A stretch of 64,000 bases of DNA from Asterias rubens (lineage: Eukaryota): positions 13,702,001 through 13,766,000 of the forward strand of contig NC_047062.1 of NCBI RefSeq assembly GCF_902459465.1, given 5' to 3'. Below are positions 39,228 through 52,400 of the stretch, piece by piece; position 1 is the first letter of the stretch, and every line of letters begins with the position of its first letter. Under the pieces are notes generated by a model. The model did no database searches and was not told the DNA's origin. It saw only the letters and a list, made by a program, of their open reading frames with translations. A program made the translations under genes and the position numbers.

Positions 39228-40744
39228 GTAGGTGAATGAAACTTCCATATGAAGAAGAAGGTTGTCTATCTTGCTGACAGAAAGTAATGATTATGGAATA
39301 TTCAGGGTGGTTTATTCTAGTGGAAATATCAGTGTTTATAGTGGTTAAATTTAGCAAGAGGTTGTTTTCATTTTGTATACCCACGTGTGTACGTCCGGTC
39401 GTGTGTATCCCATGTTTTCACCGGTACCCGCACGATGAGTGCCGTGTGTGGGCGCGGTGTAAAACAAGACCGTCCGTGGGCGAGTTGTGTATTATTATTA
39501 TTGTACACAATTTAATGTAGATCTTTTTGGTAATATTGTGGCATCCAATATGGCATCCAATATTGTTGTTATTTATCGTCGTCTAATAATAACCTGTCGA
39601 ACATTTGTTTTCACCTTTTTTTACAACTTTCCTGTAAATTATTTAATCCAATCTGAAACCATGAGACACACTGGCACTGCTCTGAGTAATTTCCTTTTTT
39701 TAAAGACACTTCTCACTTGGTGTATCCTCCTCCTCTTACCAGTTTTCACGGTATGATGCCTTTTTTTTTTTTAATTGGGAAAAAAGTAATGATGCCATAT
39801 ATATCAATCAATGCCCTAATTATCTTCATTTGTTTACATTTACTATGCAAACATAAATTAAAACTTGATGGACATTGTCATTGAAACTTTCACACCACAC
39901 ACCGATCTTCAATGACTTCAACTGGTCCCATTTGTTTTGAGTTTTTCCTGTTTTCAAGGCAAACGAGAAAGAATGGTTTCCCGGTGAAACCATACGTGGA
40001 AGAATATCTGCAGTGACTGCAATTGTTCTGTGAGACTCTGTGTATGACTCTATAGCCAGCAGTTGTCTTCATTTTATTCACAATATTATATGTTATGACA
40101 TTTTAAAAATTACCATGTAATTTGCAAAAAATATAAAAAAAATAGAAATTAAATAAAAAGTGTGAATAATTATTGGCTTTTAAATCTGATGTTTATTTAT
40201 TTTTGATAAAAAAAATTCCCCTCAATATTTATAATAAAGCGTAAAAATAAAAAGTGACAATTGAATCACCAAGCTGATGTTAAAATTTTAGTACTTATAA
40301 TAATATTGATACGAGGGTTAAAAAAAAAACTAAAAAAGTATTAGAAAATATTATAAGGCACATGGCTTCTGCCTCTGTACTTTTTTTCCAGAATGCTCAG
40401 CAGAATGTTCAGTCTCATGATTTGATCCTCGTGAATTGTGAGTTAAATAGTGTTTGATGAAACTTTTTCGGTGGGGAATTTTTTTTATGGCCCCAACATT
40501 ATGACATATTTTTGTACCTTGTAGACTTGCCTAAAATACCAAACTTTTTGCATTTACAAGTGAGAAATAACCAGTGGAGCCTTACGTGTTTCTAAGTTTT
40601 GGTCAAGGGAGCTGAAACTCTTTGATTGGCAAATAAAACACACAAAAATTGTATCTCGGGACTATTTACATCGCGCACAGAGAGGTAAAAGATTTGCCAC
40701 GATTTTAAGGACACCTTGAAAACAGGACCTCCTACGATATACGT

Positions 40745-41243
40745 ACATCTCAACATATGATATGCACAAAATAACAAACCTGTGAAAATTTGAACTCAAT
40801 TGGTCGTCAAAGTAGTGCAAGATAATTATTCATAATGAAAGAAAAAACACCCTTGTCACACGAAGTTGTATGCTTTCAGATGCTTGATTTCGAGACCTCA
40901 AAATCTAATTCTGAGGTCTCGAAATCACATTCGAGGAAAACTATACTTCTTTCTCGAAAATTACTTTACTTCAGAGGGAGCCGTTTCTGACAATGTTTTA
41001 TACCTTCAACAGCTCCCCATTACTCGTTGCTTTTAGATGGTTGATTTCGAGACCTCAAATTCTAAATCTGAGGTCCCGAAATCAAATTCGTGGAAAATTA
41101 CTTCTTTCTCAAAAACTATGTCACTTCAGAGGGAGCTGTTTTTCACAATGTTTTATACTATCAACCTCTTCCCATTACTTGTGACAAAGTAAGGTTTTAT
41201 GCTAATAATTATTTTGAGTGATTACCAATAGTGTCCACTGCCT
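40745..41243. mobile_element. Main-family MITE with internally duplicated about 155-bp core
   Basis: Two diverged consecutive copies of agatgcttgatttcgagacctc...ccattact; right TIR intact. Confidence 0.72.
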
Positions 41244-43406
41244 TTGAAAAAATATATTTATTGTAGTTACTTATCAAATCCTTCATTTATCAGAAGACTA
41301 CACTGTGCAGCACACCGTGACACACACACGCGTTTGGCTCTAACTTGAGTGTTCTTATAAGTTATAAGCTGTACGTTTTGCATACAGCTTAATAAAAGCG
41401 TAATGATGGAGTTAAACACAATAAGCTGGGTGTGATATGGGCTATGCAGTATTATACAAATAATGAATGTTTATGAGTGCAATGGTGCGAATATTTTCAT
41501 CTTTCAACGAATGAAAAGATTCTCACCATTGCACTCATAAACATTCATTATTTGTTTCGAATAACATCTAATCTTTGTCCTTTTGAATGGAGGATACAAC
41601 TTTCAAAACAATCAAAGCATACCATACTTAATTGTGACATTACACCACTTTGTTTTTGGTTCGCCTTGTTTTGATTTAACAGTGACTAATGGACTAAGTA
41701 TGTTCTGTACTGCTGCGTATTTTGAGGCACTGTAGCCTTGTAGTAACTACTGAGTACATTATCAAAGACATACGCACACTGTGATGTGGTACGCACGGTA
41801 CAAAATAACGAATCGGATAGAACGAACTGTTGAATTTTAGTGGATCAAGTTGAGACTTGGCAGGCGTTGTCAGTTGTCAACTTTTGTTGTGACCTACATG
41901 TACAATAAGCAGTCAGTGGTCAAAGAAAATGGACTTGAGGCTCTTTTTTTTTTCTTCAAAAAATAATACAAAATTTGTAATAATCAGATATTAGTCTGGC
42001 ATAATCATTGATTCTTGTCTGGATTTGTCAATTTAACTTAATTGCTTTTTTCTTAATTCAGGGTTCACAAAGAATGCAACGTTTAAACAGAGTGTGCCTG
42101 ATTTGGGGAATCTTGAAGCATTGCCAAATATTCATTACGTTATTAGCCTAGGAGGTTGTGATTAATATCAGTACTACAGGCATTATTAGACATCCTACAT
42201 TCAGTGCCTAAAGCCCTGCCCACACCACCCCAGGGAATGTGTCTGGCAGCCAGCCATTTCACACCATGATCAATTCACCCTTGATATACCCCGGCAAATG
42301 GATACTACCCCGGGAATAGCCACCCTTACTCCGGACCAAGGGTAAAACCCTGGGATATTCTTAAAACGTGCGCAGCCAGAACCCTGTGGAAAGGGGACCT
42401 AGGTGGTTACAGTGTGACATTCTCTTGGGTAACCATGGGGTAAACATGAGAAAAGGGCTAAATACTGATAAGGTCAGTCAATTGAATACTCTCCTAGGGA
42501 ATCAGTTAGGTTCCTGATTGTTTTGCTGACGAAATGGTGATATCTGAATTTTGAAACCAAAGCTGAAACCAGTACTTGATAACCTGACCTCCCTCCCTTC
42601 CTTCCTTCCATACACCCCGCCCCCTCCCCCTACCTCCCACAACCCCTCATCCCCCTAGAACTTTGATCTACCATTAATTTGTACTGCACACCACTTCACG
42701 GGATCAGATAATCACTTAAATCTACTTGAACAGGAAATTGATATTTATTTTACAGGGTAGCTCACCTCTAAAACTCTGCAGTTCAAACATCTGGGTGGAA
42801 TTTGTGGGTCCTTTTTCTGCAGTTCAAAGAACTGCCAATAACCCACTGTTAGATTAGGGCTATACTTTGTTACCTTATCAAGGATCAGAAGTCTTGTTGG
42901 TCATCTTTTTTGACCAATTAGTCCAGAGTAAATTTGTGTAAATGCTAACCCCACTTTGACCCTGAGAGACATTATCAAGGTTTATGCGTGCTATCAACTT
43001 TTTGATAAAATTGCTCAAAGTTCATGGCAGAACAGCTTGTTTAAAAAACGTCTTTTGTGAAGGTTTGTGATTAATTATTAAAAACACACTACTTTGCATT
43101 ATCATAAAGAGTGTGTACCTAGTTCAGTGGTACTTTATAAGGGACATTACAGTAGCAATCACTTGAATTGAAACTTCTCTCGGAGATCTTCCTGTAGGTT
43201 CTTGTTTTTATTTTCACTTTTGCCAGCGGATGTAAGTAACAACGAAACTTGATATTTGTTTGGGTAATTATTTCAGATTAGACAGACAGTTTTTAAAGTG
43301 TGCGTAATTGATTGTATAACTATTTCCTTGGTCTCTACAGGAAGTACAAAGCAGCTACCATCAGTGAGTGAACGACCGTCCAACACGCAGCTTCCGCTGT
43401 AGTCAC

Positions 43407-46400
43407 ATGACATCTACAATGTCCTATCCTGCAGCAATCCAGCCCCTGCCACCACCAGCCCATCAGAACTACAAACAGCAGAAGACACATCAGCAGCAGC
43501 CCACGTCGTCTCCGTACTCCGAAGGGATTGAAATGAGACCTAGGACTGGGTTTGCTAGACTTCCACAGGACCCACCATTACAGCAACACGTTGGCAGTCA
43601 CCAGATGGAAACTACCATGTCAAATGGTAAGTTTGTTTTGGGTCGCACTATAAAGTGGAAATGCAAGAATTTGGAAACAATGATTGGAATGTTTTATGGT
43701 CTGCAAAGAGCTAAATACCAGGAAGTATTTGTCTTATAGATGGTATAATATGTTTCTGTCGTTACCTTGTTTAAAACAAACCAGTTTGTGTGTCAACAAC
43801 TGTTTGATGTAGGTGAGGGACCAGAGTCTGTTTATTTGAAGTTTATTATTTGAAACAGTTCTCACCAAACCCTGACTAAAAAGCAAAAAACTGTACCAAA
43901 ACTGGAACATGTCTAGTTTTACTTATGTTCAACAAAAAGTAGGCTGTCTGAAATTAATGAAATTAAAATAAGTGCTTTCAAACATAACTCAAAAGACTGT
44001 TTTAACTGTTTAATACCAGGACGTGATTTAAGGCCTTTTAAAGGAACTGGACACTATTGGTATTTACTCAAAATAATTATCATCATAAAACCTTTCTTGA
44101 TTACGAGTAATGGGGAGAGGTTGATTGTATAAAACATTGTGAGAAACAGCTCCTTCTGAAGTGACGTAGTTTTCGAGAAAGAAGTAATTTTCCACGAATT
44201 TGATTTCGAGACCTTAAGTTTAGAATTTGAGGTCTCAAAATCAAGCATCAGAATTTTCACATGTTTGTTATTTCATGCATATTTTGAGATACACCAAGTA
44301 AGAAGACTGGTCTTTGACAACCCAATAGTGTCCACTGTCTTTAATGGAATTGATGTTGGGCATGATTTGGGGATTGGATTAATGTGGTTATCCACTGGTG
44401 TTGTTTTTGTTGTTGTTGACATTGTGGGGTTTTTCTCAGTGTGTTTTGAACATCTTGCCCTTTCCTAAGAATCATCCAATCCTTGGAGGTTGAGAGTTTA
44501 CGCAGTACGTTTACACCACAAGCAAACACAAAGCAATATTGTTTAGAACAACAAAGTGTTCTGAGGTAGTCTGTCGACTCCATTGATCATTTTGTGAGGC
44601 AGTACGTGACTTTTCTGTCTATGGAACCACTTTTCCACCAGGAAGGGCAACGTGGTACTTTATTCAATTCTTACATTCAACCTTAAACTCATTCAGAAAG
44701 TGGGTCCATTTACACCAGGATTATGACTCTGAAAATCAAACCTGTTCAGAAATTTGTTTCCAAGTGCTCTTTTTGTGAGTTGCCACCAAGTTCCTTAAAA
44801 AAAACCATGCCACCATTTTACTAGGCAATAGCAATTGCACACAGCCGTCACAATGTGAATGGAGTTTCACTACGAGTTGTCAAGCTTCTTCTCAGAACCA
44901 CCACTTTACACATGATGTCACTGCAAACCTCACCTGAAGTTTCACTACGGTTTTACTTTGTCAGGATTTGGGGGTAACATGTACATGATGAGCAACTAGT
45001 TTTTGTTAGCTTTTCAAAAGGCCGGTTTGATCAAGAAAAATGAAACAAATGTTAACATAAAACACTTAATCATGAGGAGTCAAGAGTTCCCAAGCTGAAA
45101 ATGTTCACTCCCTTTTTACTGCCTATGCAGGCCCGTTTCTATTGACAACTGTAGTTTGGAAAATAAGTATCTTTTACTTCCTGTTATAAAGTCATAGTGA
45201 GTCTGGTTTTTAAAAAAGTTTTCTGTTTCTATCAAAGTTTCATTTTCTTATTCAACATGTTACCGGACACATCTTAAACCAGTAGCATTCCAGGAAGCTC
45301 ATAAACCACCCCAGTGGCCTTTTTATCTACTCATTAAATGTTGGAAGTTTAAGTTTATTTCAAGTTTAGAATTGTCGAAAGTGAAAGTTAAAGTTAAGAT
45401 CATAAACACAATTGTCTGAAGTGATTGCTTCCTGGAAGGAAAGTCCCTGTCTTGGACCCAAATCTATGGAAAGTCCAAACTCTAGACTGGAAGCTATGGA
45501 AAGTTCCCACCCTACGACCCTACAAAACACTTTGTGTTGACTCAGCTGCTTGCTGAGCGATTTTTATGAAAGAGAAACTGAAATGGGCCTTTTGTATGTT
45601 GCATTAAAAATTGGAGGGAAAAAAAAAATCAAAAGTACATTTCCAATATTTGTATCAGCACAGTAGAGTCCCTGAGATTATATAGTCCCTTGAGAGTCCT
45701 TACATTGTATTTATGTATCGAGAACCAATCACCCCTCTGATGGTCTATTTCTCTCAATCTGTCACTTTGTCACAGAGATCTCTGTTTCAAACCTTTTCTC
45801 TTAGTCTTAGTTTTTACTTTATCGTGTATCAGAATTAAAACACTGGTAATGCAGCATTAAATGAATTGCATTTTAGTATACAGCTGTATGCTTGAAAGGC
45901 GTCATTTGGTATAAAATTGGGTTGTGGTTTGGAGGGGATGTGTCCAATTGGTTTGCCCTCAGCACCAGTTTAGACCAGTTATTCAACCAATCTCTCATGC
46001 ATGAATTGCTAACATGCGATCCTGCTGCTTTTCATGTTGACCCTGTATGGTGTGGCGCAGTATTAAAATAGACCAAATCTGCCTTATGGATCCATGAGGC
46101 ATGGTGGGCCACAGGGCCTTGGTCTTTGCTTCCAGCTTGGACGGTATCTTTGACTACAGAAACCAAATATAACCTTTTGCCCTTGTGTTGTATATTATGG
46201 AGACGCTGTATGGGTTCCAAGTTGTGGTTGAAATATATCCACCTACTGACCTTGAAGACCTCATTTCACCTCTTGAGTTATGAAGAGAACCTTTGAGAAA
46301 GGTAGACTTTAAAGGTGTTCTAAAGTATGTGTGTAAGTAATGTATGTACAATATAAACAGTACAAGTTTTTTTCATAGGTGTCAACAGATTTTTAAAATG

Positions 46401-49400
46401 TGAAGTTGATTCAAAGACAGACTTTTCTTTCTTTTCCTTGATCTCATCAAAGAAGACCACAACATGATGAGAATACATCAATACATGTTTGATGAGAAAA
46501 TGTTAAAATGTAGGAGGCCTAGTAAAATGTAGTAATGACAATCAGAGTTTTCTAAATTCTTGTTAAAACTTCTCATGTCAGCGGATCGAAATAAATTGTC
46601 AAATTAGAGGGTATACTATAATATTATATTTATTATTATCATCCATTGTAACTTATTCTTTTCTAAGGACTCGCCCTATGCCCGTTTATCTCTTCAAGTA
46701 CATTCCCCACTACCTTTTTTATCCTTGGTTGCCTTCACAAACCCCTATTTTCCAAATCCATTGTAGGTGATTTTCAATTTCCTCCCCACAATTGTTCTCA
46801 TAGTCCTGTGAAAATGTTCACAGGAGGGCTCCAAAGCTATGACTTGTTATTTCCATTTCCAAGGAAAGCTGAGCTCCCTTCATTCTTGTCTGACATCATT
46901 ATGCTGCATTGACATAATAACCTTTAGGATTATCATGGTTGGGTAGTTTCATTTAAAGGCCTCTAGTTTGCTTTACTCAGTGCATAGACAGCTCAGTCTA
47001 TCAAGGTTTGGTGGGAAGCTTACAAGTTATTGCATGATATGAACATTTTACATGTACTTCAATTTGTGTAGGAAGAAGAATGTTTTAAAAACACTGCTCC
47101 CAAAGTTCCTCCATGTCCCAAGCAAGAAGCGCAGACTGTGGGTGGGGGGGGGGGGGGGGGGGGGGGGTACTGAACGATGAAAACCTATGGATCACCCATG
47201 GAAGAAGTGTATGGCCTAACAGACCTTGTGTGTGTACAGTACTTGACATAATGAGTGTGGTGGGATCTTTTTGTACATAAATGTACACGTCATGAAAAAT
47301 ACTATTATAGACCCAACCATTTGGGGTTTTTTTGTACGATAACATGTGGTTTTACATCATATTTAGGCCCTAAATCATGCCATAGATCATGCCAACATCA
47401 AACTTAGAGAGACTTGTTTTGAAGGGTGATATCCAGAAAGATTTACACATGTCCCTTGTATGTAGGTGAGCTCTAGTAGAAATTATATGTACATGTATGT
47501 AGGCCTATAACCATGGAGGTAGAACTAATTTTACCTTCATGGTACAATTTTCCTTCCTGCATGGTACAACCACAACCACAAAGCAACTTACTGGCATGCA
47601 CTTGTTAAGATTGTAGACCATTTTTGTCTGTGATTACAAGTTCTGTACTTCACTTTATGGCCAGCTTCAGTCCTTCAGGATGTTTGTTATGCAAACCATT
47701 TCCCTCCATTGTGGTTACCTATTGTTGACTGTGCACTGGGTGGCGGTTGAATAATAAACCGGATAAATGCGATAAACTTAGAGGCTGGAAGTGTTTTTAA
47801 AGGCATTTTTGAGCATGCTTGGCTTTCTAATGTGGGTTTCTGGTAAGGACCTACATGACATAAAGTTACGTTTTTAACATAGAGGAAGAAATAAAACCTA
47901 AGGGTCCTGCTGAATTGTGTTATTTTACACACCTCAATGGGTTGAGAGGTAAATGATGTATGTTGCTGTGAATTGGGCTTTAATTAGAAGGTTTACACTG
48001 TGCGTTTGGTAATCACTATTAAAATTAGGGGTACCGGTAATTAACAACTTTTGGTTAAAACCTACAACAACTTTTGATAGTATTTAAAGCATTTTGAGAA
48101 AACAATTCACTGCCAGGTCCCTTTACAGATCGTAGTGGCTGCGGCTACAAGATCAAAATGCTCATAGCAGCAGCCACAAACAGGATTTTGACATGCTTCT
48201 GCTCAAACAAGATCTGGTCAAAGAGAAGATAATGTACCAAATTGACTTTTTCCCATATTTCCTGTGATTTTATTCAAAAAAGTCAACATTGAAGTTTTTT
48301 TTCTTTTCAAATTGCACACATAAATGAAGGAATTTTCAAATTGTACTGGAATTTTTTTTAAATAAAAATGCACCATGACAATGGCCTCCACAGTCATTAC
48401 AATAAAACTACAATCAATGGTCTTTTTATCAATGTCATAAACCTATCGGTATGGACCTTAAGCCCGATACTTAATGCGTCCAATATTTTGGGAATCGATT
48501 CCTCTGTGTACATTTTGGCTCCCAAAATGGCAGACAAATGGGCGTGTCAAGTGTTGCACATCATGAAAAGGGTCAGTATGTTGTCCTAGGTTTACTATTC
48601 TTGTAAACTGACTGCATGAAATAGGGATCCAGGGGTGGATTTCACAAAGAGTTAGGACTAGTCCTAAGTTAGGACTAGTCCTAGGAGATATCAAAAACGT
48701 ATAGCTAGTCCTAAGTTAGGAAGAGTAACTCCTCCTAACTCAAGATAAGACTAGTCTTAACTCTTTGTGAAATCTGACCCCAGAATCTCTAAGATTGTTG
48801 CAAGGACACATCTTGATTTGACAACAACAACCCTGGGCAGTGTATCATCACATCCCTGGATTCTCAAGCATGTGATGACATCATGTGTTATTCAGAGCTT
48901 ACTAACTGCTTACTTAGAGAGAGGATCATAGGCAGTCTGATGACTGGGTGCCGTAGTAACGCATCTTATGCTAAGTGGGTCTTCATAATTCAGCATAGGC
49001 CAAGACTGTTGACCGAATGTACACGCATACTTTGAGAGAAGAGTCATCAAGGAAACGTGCAGAGATGCTTTTTCGCTGCTTCCTTTTTACTCATTGCTGA
49101 GTTCATTGCCACAAATTACAAAATACATGGCCTCCGACGAACACCCAAAGTCAGTTTTCTGTTCCAACTTTTAACAGTTTCAGAATTTGTTATATTGACA
49201 TAAATTACATTGAATTCATTGCAAACTATAATGTCAAACAGTCAAACAAATCATGACCTCCGACAAATTTGATATTTTTTATTAGAATTGTTCCCTCAAG
49301 AACACCAAAGTCAGTTTTCTGTTCCAACTTTAAACAGTATCTGAATTTGTTATTTTGCCATTAATTATTTATTTAATTTTATATTAATCTCTTCTGACAG

Positions 49401-52400
49401 GAAATCCTTCATTCCTCCCACTTTTAAAATTTTTTTATCAACTTTATACTCCCACATCTTTCAGTAATTGTATCTAATGATGTCATATAGAGTGGCATTA
49501 AGAGGGCATCGCTACACATTTGTACTGAATGTTCTCTCATGTGAAACGGATTTAACAAGTCTGCAATGTTAATTATATAATGCATTACCAGTCGAGACTG
49601 ACAAAATGCCAATATAGAAGGGATTTTGTACAATTAAAACTGTGAATGATAGTTTGTGCCAGCCGTACACATTTAATGCATTGAGCAGCCTCTTAATAAC
49701 ACATGCTGTATACAGTGCATAGTATTTCCTAGTTTGTAGAATAGGAAATGAGCTGTCTCACGAACCCGTCAATGCATAATGCATGGGTGACTAGATTTCT
49801 GTGTCGTACACAGTCACTGTGAAGGCGACCAATCGAAGGGCTCTGTCAGTTTCCCGCCGTCTCGGTTATGTAAACAACTGAGCTGCGACGGCATCACACC
49901 ATACACGTAGCCGTTTACGTCAGCATGCATGCATCTTTCAATGGTCCGGGATGTTAGTTGAGGGGCTAACAACCACATAAAAGAACAACTTCCACTTTGC
50001 CCTTTTGGCTTTGCCTCATTTTAGAACGTGTCCTCTAATTTTTGACATGAGCAAGTTGTTTGTTTATAATAAAGCCAATTAATTAATTTTCTGAGTTTGA
50101 AGGACTGTTTTGGGGGTCTTGGTTTGTGGTTAATACAGTACGTTTTCTACATCATGTAGGGACTTTTGACCATGAGGAAGAAAAATATTGGCTTGAACTA
50201 CATGTAAAACAGTTTGGCTTGGGATTGTACCAAAAAATGGTATTTTACATGATTGGTGATGATGCCAACCAAAAGAACAAATAGATTGAGTGTTTTTAAA
50301 TCAAAGAGCTTCCCTGTTTTTCTAGTGGCAGAATTTGTTTCATTTACATTGACGAAAACACATCCACCAGATATTGAATCCATTTTCCCTCCCGAAATAA
50401 AAATAAACATGTATTGACTTTAATGAAGCTTTCCCATAGTTCCCATCAGGGACTTTATAACAACTGCTTTTAAAGGATTTGTGTACTTTTTCAAAATGTC
50501 CATAGATTTACATTAAACTTACAGGGTTTATAGATAATGATAGTGGAAAGCTTCCCTTCAAATATTACTAACTAAGGTTGTGTAGTTTTTGAGAAATGAG
50601 TAAAACAAGTCATAAAATAATTTTGGTCTCATGAGACCAAAATTATTTTAGCATGTAAAATCCCCTTAACCAGTTATGATATTATACCAAAACCATAGCA
50701 TAACTGGTTGGATACGTTTTTACATGCTAAAACTGAGACCAAAATTATTACTTTTACTCATTTCTCAAAAACTACAACACCTCAGTAAGTAAAATTTCAA
50801 GGGAAGCTTTCTACTATCATAATCTTCAAACTGTGTAAGTTTAATGTTAATCTGTGGACATTGTGTTTTTTGTTAGGAAAAAGTACACCCTTTAAAAGCA
50901 GAAAATATTACTTTAAAATGTTCTGCAGAACAGAAATGAGCAGGACAACAGTCATAGGTTGTCTGTGTATTATGTGTTTTCTTGAATGGCAACCATATTC
51001 TGTTAAGCATAATTTGGTTGTGCTTAGCAGTGTTTTTATATGAAAGTGTGCCTTGTTTTTTACTGTGGAATATGAATTGTCTATCTAAACTATAAAAATG
51101 ACATACATGTACTGTTGCAAAAAAAGTGATGTGTCATCTCTTTAAAAACGACAAGTCACAAATAACCAGGAAACGACAAGTCATTATGCCCCAGTTACTA
51201 CATAACTTGAAGTTAACTAAACTATGAAGTTAGTGCAAGAGAGAACCCCATGAAAACAATTTCAAACTAATCCGAACATATAAATTCATGATATAATTTT
51301 TTGTTACGTAATAAATCTGTAAAAAAATGTAGTCTAGCTAGTTTAGGTAATTAATACATCTACACCACAGTTCGTGTCCAAATTTCCATCACACTGCCTA
51401 CGCAAGACCACTTTCCTAAGAAAAGGGCACCCTCTCATTTGTGGAAAAAATGTTAATGGCAACATTTTTGCGCCAAGACCAAGAAGGTGGGGGTGGGGCA
51501 ACGGCTTCCGTAGCCTTAGTGATATTCCTTACCGTGTTCGTCCTCTTACTTCATTACTCTTACTGCATCTTGTGTTGTGTAGTGGTGTCTTACCTTGCCT
51601 TCCGGCTTAGGGACCCCGTTTCGAATCCCACTTGGGACACTCTGTGTATTGAGTTTTCAGTCCCTACTTGACTGCGTGGGTTTTCCCTTGAATAATTCTC
51701 TATAGGGTTTTCCTCCCACATCTAAAACTGAAAATTGTTCATGGTCTTCTTTTTTCGTTCGGCTCTAATAAGAGCATTGAGAATATAATATTCAAAGCTG
51801 AATCTACAATCAATCTACCTCTCTATATTTCTGACTGTTGGTCTTTGCATCGTTCATCTGTGAATTTATGTATGAGACGTTTGATGAAGACCCTTAGGGG
51901 TCCTTTAGGACTGAATCTTGTGATAAGAATATGGACTAAATCAGTCCGCAGCAAATCGGTTGGTCATCAAATTCTTCTTAAGTTTATGTCAGAAATGAAC
52001 TTTTAAAGTCTTGAACATTTTGAATTTGTGAGTTGAACAAAGCAAAAAATGACCAAAGCTATGTATCGTAATTTTCGGATTATAAACCGCGCGGCGTATA
52101 AACCGCACTTCCTCAAAATATACAAAAAATATTTAGATGTCGGCGTATATGCCGCGCGGCGTATAAACCGCGATCAAAATAAAAAAAAGACATGAAAAAA
52201 CTAACCTCAAAACACGGAAGTGAAGTACTCAAACCTGCCGCGTTACGGGTGATTTTTTATCTCACACTATCAGTCCTGAGTTATATTTTGTTTCCATCAA
52301 CAACCCTTTTCAAGAATTTGCGATTTGATGATCGGTTGTGTTGACCATATGTTTTGTGAACTTCTTTGGCAACAATCTCCGTGAATCAAAGATCGGTCTA

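Noticed and set aside
47144-47167. 24-nt G homopolymer as a functional G-quadruplex
   Set aside because: Simple intronic homopolymer, several similar C/G runs in the window, length unreliable in assemblies.
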